In this document: positions 23,649 through 31,884 of the stretch, one piece after another | Numbering within the stretch: position 1 is the stretch's first letter | Layout: each line of letters begins with the position of its first letter | From: Candidatus Electrothrix sp. GW3-4 | Lineage (GTDB): Bacteria; Desulfobacterota; Desulfobulbia; Desulfobulbales; Desulfobulbaceae | Length of the DNA stretch: 32,000 nucleotides | NCBI RefSeq assembly: GCF_037902255.1 | Contig: NZ_CP147990.1 | Coordinates: 3,450,001-3,482,000, forward strand | Direction: 5' to 3' | Translations under genes and position numbers: made by a program | Notes under the pieces: model-generated | Seen by the model: only the letters and a program-made list of their open reading frames with translations | What the model was told of the DNA's origin: nothing | Database searches by the model: none

Positions 23649-24637
23649 ATGGGCAAAAAGAAAATACTCGCGGACATACTCGAAAATCTAAAACTATTTA
23701 ATATTACGAAAAAATACAACAAGAATAACTTACTTGTCTTTAATTACCACAGATTATATTCTTCCGCTTTGTATACAGAATTTAATGAGGGGGTTTATGA
23801 ATACACTGATGAAATCTTCAAACATCATTTACAGTATATAACAAAACATTATGATGTCATTTCTGAACGAGACTTGCTCAATATTTCTCTTGACGGGAGA
23901 ATCCCCAAAAGATGTGCTATGATAACCTTCGACGATGGTTATATAGATAATTATACGATAGCATTCCCAATATTAAAGTCCCTGAATTTGCCAGCTATTT
24001 TTTTCATTCCTACGGATGCTATTGAGAACAGGGTGCTGGGATGGTGGGACATCATTTCCTATTTAGTCAAAAAATCAAAAGAAAAAAATATATATATCAA
24101 CAACAAGAGAATCCCCTCCTGAATGAAGAACAAAAAAAATATGCTATTGCATATTTTTTAGATAAAATGAAAACAACACCATATGAAAATAATAAAGAAC
24201 TTCTTAAAACGCTTTCTTGTGCATGTAATGTCGATATTCCATCCCCTGAGAAGCAGAGCGGTCAGTTAATGACCTGGGAGCAGCTCAACGAAGTAACAGA
24301 GCATAATATAGCTATTGGATCACACACACATACCCATAGAGTACTAAGTACCCTAAATGAGAGAGAACAGTTTCATGAGTTAGAAAAATCTAAGAAAATT
24401 CTAGAACAAAGATTAGGAGATACAATTCACTCTATGTCCTACCCTGTCGGTGGCTATTTGCATTTCTCTGACCAAACCAAGGCGCTGGCTCAACAGGCGG
24501 GCTATAAACTATGTTTCTCCTACGAAACCGGCTTCAACAGAAAACGGATTGATGCCTATAATGTAAAACGAATTGGACTTTCAGGAGTAACCAGTATTAT
24601 GAAAGGACAATTATTTATGCCTTCAGTTTTCTGCTGA
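23649..24637 (+). pseudogene. NodB-homology polysaccharide deacetylase split into two frames at an A7 tract
   Basis: Frame A (to the TGA at 24120-24122) carries LLVFNYHRL and ITFDDGYIDNY (motif 1). Frame B (24041-24637) carries GSHTHTHRVL (motif 2) and SYPVGGY (motif 3). Adding one A to A7 (24082-24088) reads through as ...YLVKKSKEKKYIYQQQENPLLNEEQKKYA.... Confidence 0.8.
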
Positions 24638-24709
24638 CAACACTTGAATCTGCTATAGAAAAGTGGGCACTCAATTAAGCCAGCATTCGTTGCTGGCAAC
24701 AAGTAACAA

Positions 24710-25873
24710 ATGAAAAAAAATATTCGTGTCGCTATGATTATTCAAGAGTACCATCCCGTCCTCGGAGGTGCTCAACGACAGATAAAGGCTTTGGCCCCGC
24801 TCCTGCAAGCCCGTCAGGTTGATATTCACATTCTAACCCGCCGTTATTCTGGCCTGGCACCTTATGAACGTATTGACGGCGTCCCCGTCCACCGTTTGCC
24901 TGTTCCCGGTCCAAAAGCAGTTGCCGCCTTGTCGTTTACTCTATCTGCCTTGCCGCTATTAAAGCGCCTGAAGCCAGACCTTATCCACGCGCATGAATTA
25001 CTATCACCCGCAACAACAGCAATTATGGCCAAGCGCTTGTTTCATATTCCCCTTGTCGCCAAAGTGCTGCGAGGAGGCTGCCTTGGAGATCTCGCCAAAC
25101 TTCAGCGAAAACCCTTGGGCAAACAGCGGATCGCGGCATCGCGGCGGTGGATTAATATGTTCATCTCTATTAGCCAAGAGATTGACCACGAGTTGGAGCA
25201 GGTTGGAATCCCGCCTGAACGCCGGATATTTATCCCCAACGGAGTCGACCTAACACGCTTCGCCCCCTTACCTTCAATCGACAAGCAAACTCTACGGACA
25301 ACACTGAGGCTACCAACGAACGCTCCGATTGCAATTTTTACAGGACGACTTTCTGCTGAAAAACGAGTAGATCAAGTTCTTTCGATCTGGCCTGCCATAC
25401 GAGAGGTCCACTCGGAAGCCCAATTACTTGTGCTTGGGACTGGTAACGAAGAGGCCCAGCTCAAAAATATGGCAGGTGAGGGGATAACGTTCTTGGGTTT
25501 GGTTGAAGATGTGGCCCCCTACCTCCAAGCTGCCGACGTATTTATCTTACCTTCAGCTACCGAAGGCCTGTCCAATGCCTTACTCGAAGCGCTCTCCTGT
25601 GGCTTACCCGCAATTGCTACCACAGTGGGCGGAGCAACAGATGTTATTGAACATAAACTCAACGGATGGCTTATACCACCCGATAACACGCCAAAATTAC
25701 AGGAAGCGGTTTTGACTTTATTGAACAACTCGGCCTATCGTCAGGACTTAGGCCGCAAAGGGCGTGAACAAATTGTCCGCAATTACGCCTTACCCACAAC
25801 CGCTCGACGCTTACACGAGTTATACCAAATGGTTTTAAAAGCCCCCCCTAAGCAGGAGGCTATTCAATCCTAA
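24710..25873 (+). CDS. GT4-family (GT-B fold) glycosyltransferase
   Basis: The N-terminus is HPVLGGAQRQ. The signature is LPSATEGLSNALLEALSCGLPAIATTVGGATDVI. Confidence 0.9.
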   Translation: MKKNIRVAMIIQEYHPVLGGAQRQIKALAPLLQARQVDIHILTRRYSGLAPYERIDGVPVHRLPVPGPKAVAALSFTLSALPLLKRLKPDLIHAHELLSPATTAIMAKRLFHIPLVAKVLRGGCLGDLAKLQRKPLGKQRIAASRRWINMFISISQEIDHELEQVGIPPERRIFIPNGVDLTRFAPLPSIDKQTLRTTLRLPTNAPIAIFTGRLSAEKRVDQVLSIWPAIREVHSEAQLLVLGTGNEEAQLKNMAGEGITFLGLVEDVAPYLQAADVFILPSATEGLSNALLEALSCGLPAIATTVGGATDVIEHKLNGWLIPPDNTPKLQEAVLTLLNNSAYRQDLGRKGREQIVRNYALPTTARRLHELYQMVLKAPPKQEAIQS

Positions 25874-25894
25874 AAAAATGTCCACTTATTAAGT

Positions 25895-25990
25895 GATGGT
25901 TTCGCAAAAAGTCAGAGAAAAAACGCTAACGGCAACGCAAAGAGTTACGAGGCAAACTTCCGAAAAATTATTTTTTTTTGCAAAACCATC
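25895..25990. repeat. Long-range inverted repeat (16-bp arms, 1 mismatch, 64-nt spacer) in the 430-bp gap after the second GT4 gene
   Basis: GATGGTTTCGCAAAAA (25895-25910) pairs with TTTTTGCAAAACCATC (25975-25990). The second arm is preceded by a T-run. Confidence 0.6.
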
Positions 25991-26040
25991 AAACACGAGA
26001 TCCTAAATCCGTGGCGTTAATGCAATCAATCCAAACGAGA

Positions 26041-26069
26041 TTTACATTCTCGGCGTTTTCTCTTATAAT
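26041..26069 (+). promoter_or_regulatory. Candidate sigma70-type promoter (TTTACA-N17-TATAAT) upstream of the beta-helix gene
   Basis: TTTACA lies at 26041-26046 and a perfect TATAAT at 26064-26069, with a 17-nt spacer. The implied leader to the ATG at 26304 is ~230 nt. Confidence 0.45.
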
Positions 26070-26303
26070 ATTTATGAATGATAGGGCAGCTCGGCCGCAA
26101 AAAGGTGATATATAAGAACAGTGCTGCAGGAATTAATCATAGCGTGCCCCGTGTTATCAAAAACAAAAACCGATTCAAGCTGCGATTGAGCTCTCATTGC
26201 CCTGTACAAGGCTGTCAGAGCGTCAACGCCCCAAACGGCGATAGAATTTTTTCAACTTGTTAAAAAATGTCCATCGATTGAACGTCTAACAAAACTATCT
26301 GCT

Positions 26304-28589
26304 ATGAAAAATATTCTTCCAGCTCTGTGCGCCCTTATCTCTTTAGTTTTTACTTCTTCATTAGCATCTGCTGCCAGCAGCTATTACGTTGATAAAGACA
26401 GCACGAGAACGAGTTGTTCTGACGCAAATACAGGGACATTAGAAAAGCCGTTTTGCACCATACAAAAAGCTATCCAGTCTGCTGTTCCAGGCACCACAAT
26501 CAATATCATGAAGGGGGCATATAAAGCAGTCCGTATCTCCTCATTAAATGGTGCCGATGGAGCGCCCATTACCCTTAAGCGTTACGAGGAAGATCGTGTT
26601 GTGCTGGATGGACAAAAACAAGATGTTACGGGACTGGATATTATCGATAGTTCTTACATCGTTGTTGATGGAGTTGAAGTTATAAATTCCTATGGCGGGT
26701 GGGAAAGCGGTGTCCGAATTTTACGTGGGCATCACAACCAAATAATCAATTGCAAAGTTTATGACAATTTAGGTTCTCACACTAGCGGAATAATAATTTC
26801 AGGTAGTCACGATAATATCATCGACAATAATGAAATCTCTAATAACTATGAAGCAGGAATTTGGATAGACGGCGTTGCAGGTGCCTCCTACAATAATGTC
26901 ATTTCAAACAATACGGTTTATGGCAATCTGCTAGCTCAAGGCGATGCAGACGGGATTGGCCTTACAGGACCAAACACATACAATAATCAAATTATCGCAA
27001 ACATTGTTTATAACAACGGAGACGACGGGATAGACACCTTCACGAGCACTGGAAATTTGGTGAAAAATAACATTTCCCACGACCATGTAAATCCTAATGG
27101 TGATGGAAATGGCTTTAAGCTCGGCGGGTATAAAGATAATGCTCTCGGCGGGGGCAATACCATTATAGGCAATCTGTCATACAATAACAGATATAATGGA
27201 TTTGACAACAATGGCAACCCTGGCAATAAATACTATTTTAATATCGCCTTTCAAAATAAAAATTTTGGTTTTGAAAACGGCTGGGAGGAAACGGCCTGCA
27301 CCAAGAATTGCACCACTGAATACCTGAACAATATTGGACTGGATAATATTCGAGCAAACTTTAACGTGGGTGCCTACCAAACCGTTTCCCATAACAATAT
27401 ATGGTTTGACAGTGCAACAGGTAAGCCTAAAGTTTCTGTGAATTATTCGACAGTAAGCTCATTGGAAAGCTTCTCAGATGCTACAGGTGGCCTGGATAAC
27501 CCAAATAATGGCCCATTAAGCTCTATTTGTGCCAATCCTATGTTTGTCAACGCCGACCAAGCTGATTTTCACATACTATCCGGCTCTCCAGCGATTGATA
27601 AAGGCGTCGTGGTAGCCGATATTACGGATGATCATGACGGTGCCATCAGGCCCCAGGGAAACGGTTATGATATAGGTGCATTTGAGCTATCAACCAGCGA
27701 TACGAAGACACCAATACTGGCCGAAGTAACCCCTATCCCCTACCCAACAAGTGATTCAACGCCAAACTACGTATTTAGCAGCGACGAGTCCGGTTCCATA
27801 ACATATGGCGGTAGTTGCTCCAGCTCTACAAAAAATGCTGCAACCGGTGAGAATACTATCACTCTCAACGCATTATCTGAAGGAATCTACGGCGACTGTA
27901 CAATTTCCGTTACCGATGCAGCAAATAACGTTTCTAAAACGCTTAATATGACCGCCTTTAAAATTACTAACATTAGTACGCCCCCTGCTATAAATGATAC
28001 GACGCCACCAACACTGGCCGAAGTAGCCCCTATCCCCTACCCAACAAGTGATTCAACGCCAAACTACGTATTTAGCAGCGACGAGTCCGGTTCCATAACA
28101 TATGGCGGTAGTTGCTCCAGCTCTACAAAAAATGCTGCAACCGGTGAGAATACTATCACTCTCAACGCATTATCTGAAGGAATCTACGGCGACTGTACAA
28201 TTTCCGTTACCGATGCAACAAATAACGTTTCTAAAACGCTTAATATGACCGCCTTTAAAATTACTAACATTAATACTTCCGCACTTGAAAAGGAACTAAC
28301 AGACTCTGTACCTGATCAATTTTCATTTATTGACGTCACAAATGCAACACGCGACACAACGTATATTTCAAATCCAATTACAGTCACAGGAATCAGTACA
28401 GCAGTAACCATTTCAATTACCGGAGGTGAATATCGTATCAATGGAAGTAGCTGGACGAACTCAAGCAGCATAGTGAATGAAGGTGATATAGTCGAAGTCA
28501 AAGTGCAGTCTCATCGCAAGAAAAAACGTACCGTTTCAACTACGTTGGACATTCATGGCATTAAAGACACCTACAGTGTTAAAACTTGA
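26304..28589 (+). CDS. Secreted right-handed parallel beta-helix (pectate-lyase-superfamily) protein with two tandem Ig-like domains and a C-terminal beta-domain
   Basis: Signal peptide MKNILPALCALISLVFTSSLASA. PbH1-type repeats include NQIINCKVYDN, NIIDNNEISNN and NNVISNNTVYGN, with GDADGIGL, NGDDGIDT and NGDGNGFKLGG. Two 99-aa near-identical units follow, then PDQFSFIDVTNA...TVTGIS...ISITGGEYRINGS... Confidence 0.85.
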   Translation: MKNILPALCALISLVFTSSLASAASSYYVDKDSTRTSCSDANTGTLEKPFCTIQKAIQSAVPGTTINIMKGAYKAVRISSLNGADGAPITLKRYEEDRVVLDGQKQDVTGLDIIDSSYIVVDGVEVINSYGGWESGVRILRGHHNQIINCKVYDNLGSHTSGIIISGSHDNIIDNNEISNNYEAGIWIDGVAGASYNNVISNNTVYGNLLAQGDADGIGLTGPNTYNNQIIANIVYNNGDDGIDTFTSTGNLVKNNISHDHVNPNGDGNGFKLGGYKDNALGGGNTIIGNLSYNNRYNGFDNNGNPGNKYYFNIAFQNKNFGFENGWEETACTKNCTTEYLNNIGLDNIRANFNVGAYQTVSHNNIWFDSATGKPKVSVNYSTVSSLESFSDATGGLDNPNNGPLSSICANPMFVNADQADFHILSGSPAIDKGVVVADITDDHDGAIRPQGNGYDIGAFELSTSDTKTPILAEVTPIPYPTSDSTPNYVFSSDESGSITYGGSCSSSTKNAATGENTITLNALSEGIYGDCTISVTDAANNVSKTLNMTAFKITNISTPPAINDTTPPTLAEVAPIPYPTSDSTPNYVFSSDESGSITYGGSCSSSTKNAATGENTITLNALSEGIYGDCTISVTDATNNVSKTLNMTAFKITNINTSALEKELTDSVPDQFSFIDVTNATRDTTYISNPITVTGISTAVTISITGGEYRINGSSWTNSSSIVNEGDIVEVKVQSHRKKKRTVSTTLDIHGIKDTYSVKT
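27699..28275 (+). repeat. In-frame 297-bp tandem duplication (2 units) within the beta-helix protein gene
   Basis: The period is 297 bp (27716 matches 28013). The core 27716-27975 versus 28013-28272 differs at only 2 of 260 positions: 27729 A versus 28026 G, and 27921 G versus 28218 A. Both differences are nonsynonymous. Confidence 0.95.
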
Positions 28590-28887
28590 AGTTTTTAAGA
28601 ATAGCACCATGACCACTTAACCTGCAAGATGCACTGCGGTTATATCAACTTATCAACTATGATTATCTCGTTATAGCTCTTCTTTTTCATTTTAAAACAA
28701 AAGTAATCAATATCACCTTAAAATATTACAATGTACCATAACCATATGACCGATTATAGTTTATATGACGCCAAGCCGAAGCGCAGCAGCCTGTTGAATA
28801 TAATTGCTGTCCACCAGGAGAAGAAATTCACTCTTGCATTAGACAGGTGGCAAAACATCATTTATCCCGTTGTAAAAAGGAATATAG

Positions 28888-29814
28888 ATGAAACCACATG
28901 AGCAAGCAGTCTTTATAGCTCTAGAAACCACGGCTTATTCTGGAGCAACTCTCCTGACAGCATTGTTAGGGTCTCATCCAGGTATAGCCACAGTGGCTGA
29001 GATGAGCGGCTTGATTGAGGGCGAAGATCCAGATGAATACCTCTGCTCGTGTGGCCAGAAAATCAAGACCTGCGATTTCTGGCAAAAGGTAAAAGACGGG
29101 ATGAACAACAGAGGATTCGAGTTTGATGTAGCAGATTTTAACACCCAATTTATCCCGGAAAATCCGTCCCTGCTCCAACGTCTTCGTGCGGGCTCTTCCC
29201 GGAACGGTTTGCTCGATTCCATTCGAGACAAAATTCTCTTTTCCTTACCCAGCCCTGCTCGACAGCTTCAGGCAATGTCTGACAGGAATACAGCATTCAT
29301 CGAGACCGTCCTGGAGATAACTGGCAAACGGGTTTTTATCGACTCATCCAAAGACCGTTTGAGGCCCAAGGCCTTACGTCGCTTTTCCCCACTTGATGTA
29401 CGGATTATTCAGCTGGTTCGTGATGTCAGAGGGGTGGTTGCTTCCAGCCTGCGTATGGATAAAAAGTTAACAGCAGCACAGGCGGCAAGGTCTTGGTGCC
29501 GACTGCACCAGCGGGTGGAACGTACTGCGGCATCCTGGGATAAAGAGAGCAACATCATTATTCGATACGAGGACCTATGTCATAAGACAGAAGACACGCT
29601 CAAACGGCTTTATACATTTTGCGGGGTATCTCCTGATTTTACTATCAAAAATATCCAAACCGTTTCCCACCATCTCATTGGAAATGATATGAGGCTGACC
29701 CCGATTTCAAAAATTCAAATTGATACGAGGTGGCAGGAAGAGCTGTCGAATGACCAGCTCAAAGAAATCGAAGAGGTGGCCGGTGATCTAGGCCGTACAT
29801 ACGGATATTATTGA
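28888..29814 (+). CDS. Sulfotransferase-family protein
   Basis: The PAPS 5'-phosphosulfate-loop-like segment is VFIALETTAYSGATLLTALLGSHPG. The 3'-phosphate-motif-like segment is RIIQLVRDVRGVVASSL. AGGA lies upstream. The family call is from motifs only. Confidence 0.7.
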   Translation: MKPHEQAVFIALETTAYSGATLLTALLGSHPGIATVAEMSGLIEGEDPDEYLCSCGQKIKTCDFWQKVKDGMNNRGFEFDVADFNTQFIPENPSLLQRLRAGSSRNGLLDSIRDKILFSLPSPARQLQAMSDRNTAFIETVLEITGKRVFIDSSKDRLRPKALRRFSPLDVRIIQLVRDVRGVVASSLRMDKKLTAAQAARSWCRLHQRVERTAASWDKESNIIIRYEDLCHKTEDTLKRLYTFCGVSPDFTIKNIQTVSHHLIGNDMRLTPISKIQIDTRWQEELSNDQLKEIEEVAGDLGRTYGYY

Positions 29815-29829
29815 TATGGAACAATCCTG

Positions 29830-31752
29830 ATGTGTGGCATATTCGGGTGGTTCGGAACCAGCCCTGAAAACGCAGGTGGACAATTTGAGACCATATCGCG
29901 TCTGTTACATCACCGCGGACCGGATGACAAGGGGTTTGAGCAGGGTGAGGGATGGGGACTCGGGTTTCGCAGGCTCAGCATTCTCGATCTGAGTGAACTT
30001 GGCCATCAACCGATGCAGAGCCCTGATCAACGATTCTGGATCGCCTTTAACGGAGAAATATATAACTACATAGAGCTTCGCAACCGTCTGGAACAGCAGG
30101 GGGAAAGGTTTCGGGGATCATCGGACACCGAAGTACTGCTCAGGCTGCTTGCCTGTGAAGGAACAGATGGCTTGACACGGCTGAACGGCATGTTTGCCCT
30201 GGCTGTTGTGGACACAAAGAAACGAACCTTTCTCCTGACACGCGACCGATTGGGCCAAAAACCCCTGTACTACGCTTTCGGACCAGAGCAACTCCGCTTC
30301 GCCTCGGAGTTAAAGTGTTTGTTGTCCTGGCCCGATGCCCCACGTCAAATAGATCCACAAGCCCTGGCTCAATATTTAACACTTGGCTACCTCCCTAATG
30401 AAAGCTGTATTTTTCAAGGGCATTACAAGCTCCCACCCGGTCATTTCCTGACCGGTTCCCTGGATACCCCAAAACAAGTCACCCCCTCTCCGTACTGGCA
30501 ACTGGAGGTGAACAAGGAACGTGGTGAAAATAATTTCAGCAGAAATGACCAGGAAGAACTGATCGACCTGTTCTCCAATGCCGTACAGATTCGGCTCCGA
30601 AGTGATGTTCCGGTCGGAATTTTTTTGTCTGGCGGTGTCGATAGTGGACTCGTGGCCGCTCTGGCCGCTAAAGCAAATGTTCCGGTACCTCCTCTGGCAC
30701 TGACAGTGGGTTTTGCCGAGAAGAGTTATGATGAAACCGCCCAGGCTCAAGCTACTGCAGACCATGTTGGTCTAGAGCACAAAATTATTATCCAACGCTC
30801 AGGGAGTTTGCGGGATATTGATCGGTTGGCCTGGTTTTATGACGAACCTTTTGGTGACGCATCTGCTCTGCCTACGATGAACCTGTGTGAAGCCGCTTCA
30901 GACTATGCAACGGTTTTTCTAGCTGGTGATGGAGGTGATGAGGCCTTTGGCGGTTATCGACGTTACGTTGAAGCGCAGCGCTACATCCAGCTGGCGGGTC
31001 TTCCGTCTCTGGCAAGAGGGGGGATGCGCCTACTCGCCACCCTTCTTCCCTTTACCTCTCCCCTAGGCTATCGTTTGTTGAAGAGTAGTCTGCCAGATAA
31101 TGGTTTTGCCGCTGTTTTTGACGGGGAGGGGCTGGCCGAAGACCCTGTACTGAAAATGGTCTTCCACCCAGAGTTCAAAGAGAACACGGCTAGTGCCAGC
31201 ACACCGGTCCAACAACGCTGGCTCCTCAGCAAAGGTCAGAATCTCCTTACTCGTCAACAGGCATTGGATTATGCGTTATACTTACCAGATGACATCTTGG
31301 TGAAAGTTGACCGGGCTTCCATGGCCCATTCCATTGAAGTGCGCTCTCCTTTTCTTGATTACCGCTTGGTTGAATGGGCGGCACGCCTGCCGCGAGCAAC
31401 GTTGATGAACACAACAATGGGGAAACTCCCCTTAAGGACCGCAGGTAAAGCCCTGCTTCCTCCGACCATTCAACAGGGAGAGAAACGCGGTTTCGGCATC
31501 CCGCTGGATGATTGGTTTCGGGAGCCGAGTGGACACGATTTTGTCCGGAACCGACTTCTCTCTGTCAGGGCCAAAGAAAGAGGATTATGGGATGTACCGG
31601 GCGTAGAGAAGGTCCTTGATGCGCACCAGACAAGACAAGGGCGAAATTTTGGCGAAATACTGTGGCGTCTGCTCATCCTGGATGCCTGGGCACGTCATTA
31701 CCTTGATGATACCACATTTCTCCAGGGCCCCCCTGAGCGTGTGGGTCTATGA
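29830..31752 (+). CDS. asnB: Asparagine synthase (glutamine-hydrolysing)-type amidotransferase, EPS-locus associated
   Basis: The N-terminal MCGIFG is an Ntn Cys. Other motifs are GLGFRRLSILD, FNGEIYNY, the PP-loop FLSGGVDSGLVAALAA and DRASMAHSIEVRSPFLD. Confidence 0.92.
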   Translation: MCGIFGWFGTSPENAGGQFETISRLLHHRGPDDKGFEQGEGWGLGFRRLSILDLSELGHQPMQSPDQRFWIAFNGEIYNYIELRNRLEQQGERFRGSSDTEVLLRLLACEGTDGLTRLNGMFALAVVDTKKRTFLLTRDRLGQKPLYYAFGPEQLRFASELKCLLSWPDAPRQIDPQALAQYLTLGYLPNESCIFQGHYKLPPGHFLTGSLDTPKQVTPSPYWQLEVNKERGENNFSRNDQEELIDLFSNAVQIRLRSDVPVGIFLSGGVDSGLVAALAAKANVPVPPLALTVGFAEKSYDETAQAQATADHVGLEHKIIIQRSGSLRDIDRLAWFYDEPFGDASALPTMNLCEAASDYATVFLAGDGGDEAFGGYRRYVEAQRYIQLAGLPSLARGGMRLLATLLPFTSPLGYRLLKSSLPDNGFAAVFDGEGLAEDPVLKMVFHPEFKENTASASTPVQQRWLLSKGQNLLTRQQALDYALYLPDDILVKVDRASMAHSIEVRSPFLDYRLVEWAARLPRATLMNTTMGKLPLRTAGKALLPPTIQQGEKRGFGIPLDDWFREPSGHDFVRNRLLSVRAKERGLWDVPGVEKVLDAHQTRQGRNFGEILWRLLILDAWARHYLDDTTFLQGPPERVGL

Positions 31753-31884
31753 GAGAAGGGATCTCAACGAAACCTTGTATGTCTTCTGCTGCACCGGGAA
31801 GAAAATATCCCCTCTCTCAAGAGCAGCTCCTTGACGCATTCCATTAATCAATAAGCAGGCAACAGCGGTCGCAAAATACTGTCT

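Noticed and set aside
25925-25960. The words ACGCAAAG and GGCAAAC resemble conserved segments of the c-di-GMP-I (GEMM-I) riboswitch, and they lie upstream of an EPS-related gene.
   Set aside because: They occur in the opposite order to the riboswitch. I could find no P1/P2 helices, tetraloop or receptor around them. The reverse strand does not fit either.
26078-26263. A 61-aa basic ORF (MIGQLGRKKVIYKNS...) starts a few nt after the predicted promoter in the 26-kb gap.
   Set aside because: It has no SD sequence, no recognisable motif and a composition typical of random A/T-rich translation. A leaderless small protein cannot be excluded, but the sequence alone does not support it.
25873-26273. 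The direct repeat AAAAAATGTCCA (25873-25884 and 26262-26273) brackets most of the 430-bp gap and could be target-site duplications of an insertion.
   Set aside because: A 12-mer that is half poly-A in an A/T-rich region is at chance level. No transposase and no terminal inverted repeats sit at those boundaries.
27807-28111. GGCGGTAG, the ops/JUMPstart core used by RfaH-type antiterminators, occurs at 27807-27814 and 28104-28111.
   Set aside because: Both copies lie inside the coding tandem repeat, so they represent one event that was duplicated. The extension (TTGC) does not match the ops nnTG. An 8-mer is expected about once by chance in this window.
28746-28901. A 51-codon ORF (MTDYSLYDAKPKRSSLLNIIAVHQEKKF...) lies immediately upstream of, and overlaps, the sulfotransferase start. 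It could mark a frameshifted N-terminus.
   Set aside because: The 308-aa sulfotransferase already begins with a complete P-loop-like N-terminal region right after its own AGGA-preceded ATG. The small ORF has no sulfotransferase-like motif.
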